20,000 bases of DNA from an uncultured virus (IMG/VR IMGVR_UViG_3300044641_005543). Its lineage: Duplodnaviria > Heunggongvirae > Uroviricota > Caudoviricetes. A program made the position numbers and the translations under genes. The notes below the pieces were generated by a model that searched no databases, had not been told where the DNA came from, and saw nothing but the letters and a program-made list of their open reading frames with translations. Positions 15,825 to 20,000 of this stretch are shown piece by piece (within the stretch, counting starts at the first letter, position 1; each line of letters starts with the position of its first letter). The DNA lies in IMG/VR virus record IMGVR_UViG_3300044641_005543; one strand, written 5' to 3'.

Positions 15825-16544
15825 TTAGCACCATATATCTTGTCTGATTGTAATAAGTTTAATAAGCATATCAGTATCTTCTTGATGATATTTTGTTTCT
15901 AGTTCATCAATTTTATCGAAAGTTTCGGCTCTATTATGCTCGTCATACAAAGAGTGAGGGTCAAGTCGATTGGGGCGAGTTTCTGTCCACCACAAATACA
16001 ACTCTTTAATAGTCATAGCGGTAATGGCTTGTGGGGTTGGTTTGTTGTAGTCAGGATCGTCCTCATTTATACCATAGTCACTTCCAAAAGTCAACCCAAT
16101 AGCCCAATCAAGATGATCTAATCCGGCTTGCTTACAGCGACCATTTTTAAACTTGTAGTCTCTATCCTTATAATCCTTCATGGTATGGGAGATTTCAGTC
16201 TCAACATAATCGACAAGTTCATTAAAAAGACCATGAAGAATTTTGGTATCAAACTCATAATAGTGACCCGGTTTAAGTCCGGTCTTAATAAGATGAGTCT
16301 TATCTATCCAACGATTTCGTACATAAACTTCAATATTATGATAAACATCATATGGAAAATACGCAATATTTTGTAGAGTTTTCAATCCATTTTCCGCCAG
16401 ATAATATCTCAATGGATGCTTTCTTTTAGCATCTTCGTGCCAAACGTCCCATTCTTTCCACCCCAAAGCAAAGGGCTTTTTGCTGCCACGAATAATATCA
16501 GCAACTTTAGAAGAATTCCAATGATTCCATCTGCTACGATACAT
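15825..16544 (-). CDS. Hypothetical phage protein
   Basis: 239-aa ORF (ILHGLFNELVDYVETE...IKELYLWWT..RPNR). Confidence 0.8.
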   Translation of the reverse strand: MYRSRWNHWNSSKVADIIRGSKKPFALGWKEWDVWHEDAKRKHPLRYYLAENGLKTLQNIAYFPYDVYHNIEVYVRNRWIDKTHLIKTGLKPGHYYEFDTKILHGLFNELVDYVETEISHTMKDYKDRDYKFKNGRCKQAGLDHLDWAIGLTFGSDYGINEDDPDYNKPTPQAITAMTIKELYLWWTETRPNRLDPHSLYDEHNRAETFDKIDELETKYHQEDTDMLIKLITIRQDIWC

Positions 16545-16947
16545 CTTTCACCATTTGTCCATTACGAATAGTATAAACTGTTACATTTCCACCATGCCTG
16601 ATATAGTCTCGTCCACCATCAATCATATTACCATTATCGAAACTTTTATAATCGTGATGATATTGACTATACTGTAGATTTCCATCATCATCTTCTACCA
16701 ACCCAAAAGAGAAATCTTCTATACCATCAGCGTTAAAAATAATATAAGAACCATCTTCATAATTAACCGCTATGCCAAAATATCTGTTACCAAATGTTGG
16801 ATGAGGAGAGTTCCTATAGAAAATATCCACAGGACGATCACTAGCATTATAGTCTGTTGTACAAACATAACTGATAGGAACATTGTCCTTCTCTGAATAA
16901 TGCTCAATAACTTTATCCGTATTAGTAACTGGAAAATGTTTAATCAT
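16534..16947 (-). CDS. Hypothetical phage protein
   Basis: 137-aa ORF (YSQYHHDY....MIDGGRDYIR). Confidence 0.75.
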   Translation of the reverse strand: MIKHFPVTNTDKVIEHYSEKDNVPISYVCTTDYNASDRPVDIFYRNSPHPTFGNRYFGIAVNYEDGSYIIFNADGIEDFSFGLVEDDDGNLQYSQYHHDYKSFDNGNMIDGGRDYIRHGGNVTVYTIRNGQMVKDVS

Positions 16948-17162
16948 CGTCTATTAACCTTTCTGGCAGGATCACGCCTTTTTGGTTTGTTATAATGAGT
17001 AACACGAACAGTTTTTTCAAAAGTATATGGATACATATTATTGATTCTCATTTCTGGAATTAGATAAGCATCAGATGGAAGTTTAGTTTCAGAATATCCA
17101 AAACTTTCCACAAACCAACCAATACTACCTAAAGTATTTTTAATCCAGTTATACTCACCCAT
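16944..17162 (-). CDS. Hypothetical protein
   Basis: Start revised to MGEYNW, overlapping the upstream stop. Confidence 0.55.
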   Translation of the reverse strand: MGEYNWIKNTLGSIGWFVESFGYSETKLPSDAYLIPEMRINNMYPYTFEKTVRVTHYNKPKRRDPARKVNRR

Positions 17163-17637
17163 ACTGTGTCCACTTTCTTTCACTGATAATATCCTTAAAC
17201 TTTTCCCCAGCAGGAGTTAATTGTACCATACCATCAACACAAAAGATACAACCATCCTTGTCGCCGGGGTTATCATACCTATCGCCATCTTCTTCGTTAT
17301 AGTGGTCAAAATAAAGAGTCAATCCAGTGTTTTTGTTAAAGGAATTCTTCAGATTAATCACAAGTTTTTCATATTCTTGAAAAATATCCTCAACAATTTC
17401 TTCTGCCATCAATCCAAGTCTAATAACAGGCTTAGACTTATCATCAAGCACAGCGTCAAACAAAGCATCTTTAATTTGGTCAGGGTCATCCCATGCCAAC
17501 CATTGACCAACACTCCCCCAACCAACATTCTTAAAATACTTGGCTTGTTCAATAGATTTAATTTCATTAGGACAAATTTTCTTCAAGTTCTTATATTCAA
17601 TAACAAAACTCCCAACAGCAAAACTACCCATGCCCAT
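17155..17637 (-). CDS. Hypothetical protein
   Basis: 160-aa ORF, GGAG RBS. Confidence 0.75.
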   Translation of the reverse strand: MGMGSFAVGSFVIEYKNLKKICPNEIKSIEQAKYFKNVGWGSVGQWLAWDDPDQIKDALFDAVLDDKSKPVIRLGLMAEEIVEDIFQEYEKLVINLKNSFNKNTGLTLYFDHYNEEDGDRYDNPGDKDGCIFCVDGMVQLTPAGEKFKDIISERKWTQYG

Positions 17638-17654
17638 AGTTTATTCTCCAAATA

Positions 17655-17843
17655 TTAAGAATGAGTTTTAACTCGTCGCTTAACAAGACTCTCAAGAATA
17701 CTCAAATACTTTTGAGCATCTTCCTTACTATCAAACTGTGTCACAATAGCCTGACCATCACTCTTAGGCAGCAAAATAGGCTCGCCATTCTTGGTTACAA
17801 TAAACTTGCTATTCTTCTGCACAACATCATAAATCTTAGTCAT
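17655..17843 (-). CDS. Hypothetical protein
   Basis: 62-aa ORF, GGAG RBS, TAATG-coupled. Confidence 0.65.
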   Translation of the reverse strand: MTKIYDVVQKNSKFIVTKNGEPILLPKSDGQAIVTQFDSKEDAQKYLSILESLVKRRVKTHS

Positions 17844-18055
17844 TAATATTCTCCATGAGTAAAGGTAAGGTATTCATCAATATCAATTTGAAAATCATCA
17901 GTCTCGCCCAAAACTACAGCAGCATGGTACAGGATATGATCCCTGGGATCGTTACCATCTTGGATAAATTCTTGATAACTAATCTGTTCAGAGTCGCTAT
18001 CAAAAATATACCTTGCACATTCTGTTGCAGCAGAAGGGTAGTCTACAATTTTCAT
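17843..18055 (-). CDS. Hypothetical protein
   Basis: 70-aa ORF, ATGA-coupled. Confidence 0.65.
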   Translation of the reverse strand: MKIVDYPSAATECARYIFDSDSEQISYQEFIQDGNDPRDHILYHAAVVLGETDDFQIDIDEYLTFTHGEY

Positions 18056-18348
18056 ACTGCCACCTTATAGTAACGCTCACAGCGACTAATAAAAGATGGA
18101 AGCATTTTACGCAAATTATGAGGAATATTATCAAGAGAATGATAGTCTGTGTCAAATGTTGCTCGTCCAAGAGCAATCTTCAGACCCATATTTTTACTAA
18201 ACTTATCTTCTTTACGACATTGAGCATATCCGATATTAAAATCCCCTCTGTCGCCAACCTTTACGGCAACCAAAACTCCACGGGGATTCCCCTTCTTATC
18301 TCGACTATAACTAATAAGTGTAGACGATGGAACAGTAACAGTATTCAC
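18052..18348 (-). CDS. Hypothetical phage protein
   Basis: GTG start with GGAG RBS; IGYAQCRKEDKFSKNMGLKIALGRA. Confidence 0.7.
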   Translation of the reverse strand: MNTVTVPSSTLISYSRDKKGNPRGVLVAVKVGDRGDFNIGYAQCRKEDKFSKNMGLKIALGRATFDTDYHSLDNIPHNLRKMLPSFISRCERYYKVAV

Positions 18349-18584
18349 TGAATATTCTCCTTTTTCCAATTTCTGTTAGAGTTAAGAAAGTTCATAATAT
18401 AATTTGCCGCATTAGAAGCATTGTCACCCATTTCATAATGAGCGTTGGAAATGGTTTTAATAGTCCATTTCTCATCATCACTTAATTGTTGGTCGCTTTC
18501 AATATCTCCATATTCCATGCTAATATAATCAGCAACAGCATAGAGATATTCCTGAAAAGACGAATATCGTGATTGATTACTCAT
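18345..18584 (-). CDS. Hypothetical protein (first gene of a long minus-strand run)
   Basis: 79-aa ORF, AAGGA RBS, promoter upstream. Confidence 0.7.
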   Translation of the reverse strand: MSNQSRYSSFQEYLYAVADYISMEYGDIESDQQLSDDEKWTIKTISNAHYEMGDNASNAANYIMNFLNSNRNWKKENIQ

Positions 18585-18609
18585 AACGAATCCTTGGTGA
18601 TACGGTTGT

Positions 18610-18637
18610 ATTCTACCATGTTATCGGCACTTGTCAA
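18610..18637 (-). promoter_or_regulatory. sigma70-like promoter with TGCCGAT spacer motif
   Basis: TTGACA-agtgccgataacatgg-TAGAAT (16 bp spacer). Confidence 0.75.
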
Positions 18638-19028
18638 GAGGTACTTTGCAGTTTTTGGTAAATACAATTCCTTTTTTCTTTGGGGCTGGAATATGATGAT
18701 CAAATTTTTTAATATCGCTTACTACCCATCCATATTTGGGTTTATCTGGATTCCAACTATAAAATTCATCTAGTTCTTCTACTTTATGTCTATTATAATC
18801 ATCTATCCAAGATTGTTTGTCTGGATACTGAAAACTGTGACTAAAAGTAATTGTTCCTATAATATGAGATTTGAATCGGCCATATTTTCCCGGCGTTTCA
18901 ATCAGTGCTAGTTCAACCCCCTCATACTTTTTAGGAAGCGGATACGAGCGTGTTTCAACACTTTTATCGCCATTAATTAAAAGAGTTGACCAAGGAATCT
19001 GAATATTTAAACCGGCCTTAAATGTCAT
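18621..19028 (-). CDS. ASCH domain protein
   Basis: GLNIQIPWSTLLINGDKSVETRSY...IIGTITF...YGWVV; start 19028 or 19070. Confidence 0.8.
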   Translation of the reverse strand: MTFKAGLNIQIPWSTLLINGDKSVETRSYPLPKKYEGVELALIETPGKYGRFKSHIIGTITFSHSFQYPDKQSWIDDYNRHKVEELDEFYSWNPDKPKYGWVVSDIKKFDHHIPAPKKKGIVFTKNCKVPLDKCR

Positions 19029-19031
19029 TTC

Positions 19032-19038
19032 GGTGTAT
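19032..19038 (+). promoter_or_regulatory. GGTGTAT motif upstream of HNH gene
   Basis: TTTCGGTGTATTTTATAT, 121 nt before ATG 19160. Confidence 0.35.
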
Positions 19039-19084
19039 TTTATATCGAGTAAATGTTTGTCGTAGAGCATTTATAACCAATCGC

Positions 19085-19113
19085 ATTATACCAGAAGCCT
19101 GTGGGTTTGTCAA
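19085..19113 (-). promoter_or_regulatory. Consensus sigma70 promoter upstream of the ASCH gene
   Basis: TTGACA-17 bp-TATAAT with an extended TG. Confidence 0.8.
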
Positions 19114-19148
19114 CTACGACTGACATTCCTATGGGCTTTCTGTTTTTT
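19092..19148 (+). terminator. Long imperfect hairpin followed by T6, in the HNH leader
   Basis: CAGAAGCCTGTGGGTTTGTCA-ACTACGAC-TGACATTCCTATGGGCTTTCTG-TTTTTT; about 19 pairs including G:U. Confidence 0.5.
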
Positions 19149-19159
19149 AGGATAGTTCT

Positions 19160-19747
19160 ATGATTATTATAGTCAAAAAATGTTCAAAATGTCAAGAACA
19201 TAAAATATTAGATAGTTTTTATAATGATAAAATGAATGTATTTGGTAAAAGCAGTTCTTGTAAAATATGTTCTGATAAAACTTGTAAAAAATATTATGTT
19301 AAAAATAAAGAAAAAATTAAAACATATCAAAAACAATATCATCAAGTCAATAAAGCCGTTATTAGAAATAAAGCCCGAAAACAAGCAAATAAATATAAAA
19401 AAGATAGAAGAAAAACCGATATATACTATAAGTTAACAGAAAATTTAAGACATAGAGTTTGGAATTGTCTTAAACTAAAACACGGTTCTAAAAATCAGAA
19501 AACTATGGACTTAGTAGGTTGTTCGCCAGATCAATTAAAAACTTATTTAGAAAAAAAATTTACTGACGGTATGACTTGGGATAACTATGGTTTTTATGGA
19601 TGGCATATAGATCACATTATTCCTTGCGATAGTTTTGATCTAACCGATCCCTCCCAACAAAAAATTTGTTTTCATTATACAAATTTACAACCATTATGGG
19701 CAAAAGATAATTTTCAAAAAGGTAATAAAATTATTAATCAACTATAA
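19160..19747 (+). CDS. HNH homing endonuclease (paralogue of 8661-9299)
   Basis: CSKC...CKIC; GMTWDNYGFYGWHIDHIIPCDSFDL...CFHYTNLQPLWAKDNFQKGNK. Confidence 0.88.
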   Translation: MIIIVKKCSKCQEHKILDSFYNDKMNVFGKSSSCKICSDKTCKKYYVKNKEKIKTYQKQYHQVNKAVIRNKARKQANKYKKDRRKTDIYYKLTENLRHRVWNCLKLKHGSKNQKTMDLVGCSPDQLKTYLEKKFTDGMTWDNYGFYGWHIDHIIPCDSFDLTDPSQQKICFHYTNLQPLWAKDNFQKGNKIINQL

Positions 19748-19973
19748 TATTCATGGTATGAGTTTCTGAAACTCCAAATCCATTTTTACAACTAAACTTT
19801 AGAGTCACAGTATTTCCAGATACATTGGTATCAAATTCATGAAAACTAAGAGTATCTGGATAATTTACCATATTTCGTACTCTTGCTTTAGCCACAAGAA
19901 TTTTATCAATACTACTATTAGTCTCACAACCAAAAGTAAAAATAGACAATAGAATAACAAATATATACTTCAT
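19734..19973 (-). CDS. Putative lipoprotein
   Basis: MKYIFVILLSIFTFG-C lipobox-like signal peptide; ...FSCKNGFG. Confidence 0.6.
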   Translation of the reverse strand: MKYIFVILLSIFTFGCETNSSIDKILVAKARVRNMVNYPDTLSFHEFDTNVSGNTVTLKFSCKNGFGVSETHTMNIIVD

Positions 19974-20000
19974 ATTAGTTTTCCAAAAATTTAGTAATAA

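Noticed and set aside
4018..18773. Many short plus-strand ORFs in the track (e.g. 5069-5491, 5872-6276, 17221-17658, 18013-18351)
   Set aside because: They are antisense to well-supported, translationally coupled minus-strand genes and lack recognisable motifs.
1..20000. Stop-codon reassignment
   Set aside because: Recognisable genes are intact in code 11, and TAA, TAG and TGA all end genes at tightly packed junctions.
1..20000. Group I introns or inteins hosting the HNH genes
   Set aside because: The HNH genes have very little non-coding flank, three are antisense to their neighbours, and no split gene with both halves was seen.

Overview
This AT-rich, gene-dense window looks like part of a large dsDNA phage genome in the standard genetic code. 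Almost all genes lie on the minus strand, with overlapping start and stop codons and repeated sigma70-type promoters. Recognisable enzymes: an ATP-dependent DNA ligase (cut by the window edge, missing from the ORF track), endonuclease VII, a SpoU/TrmH RNA methyltransferase, a zinc deaminase, a sulfotransferase, UV endonuclease UvsE, ThyX, a GT61 glycosyltransferase and an AlkB-like dioxygenase. Also present are a DksA/TraR-like zinc finger, an ASCH protein and four free-standing HNH endonucleases, three of which are the only credible plus-strand genes. RNA genes are a complete tmRNA (tag GTNQLALAA) and a structurally non-canonical tRNA with a UAU anticodon. The most notable observations are: (i) a 35-codon N-terminal stub of a different thyX type overlapping the start of the intact thyX, which has an HNH gene next to it, suggesting endonuclease-driven gene replacement; (ii) a translation cluster of SpoU, tRNA-Ile(UAU) and tmRNA, with an HNH gene at the 3' end of each RNA gene; (iii) two promoter-like motif classes, TTGAC[A/T]-16 bp containing TGCCGAT-TAnAnT, and GGTGTAT seen only upstream of HNH genes; (iv) a long hairpin with a U-tract in front of one HNH gene. 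All calls were made by eye with no database searches.
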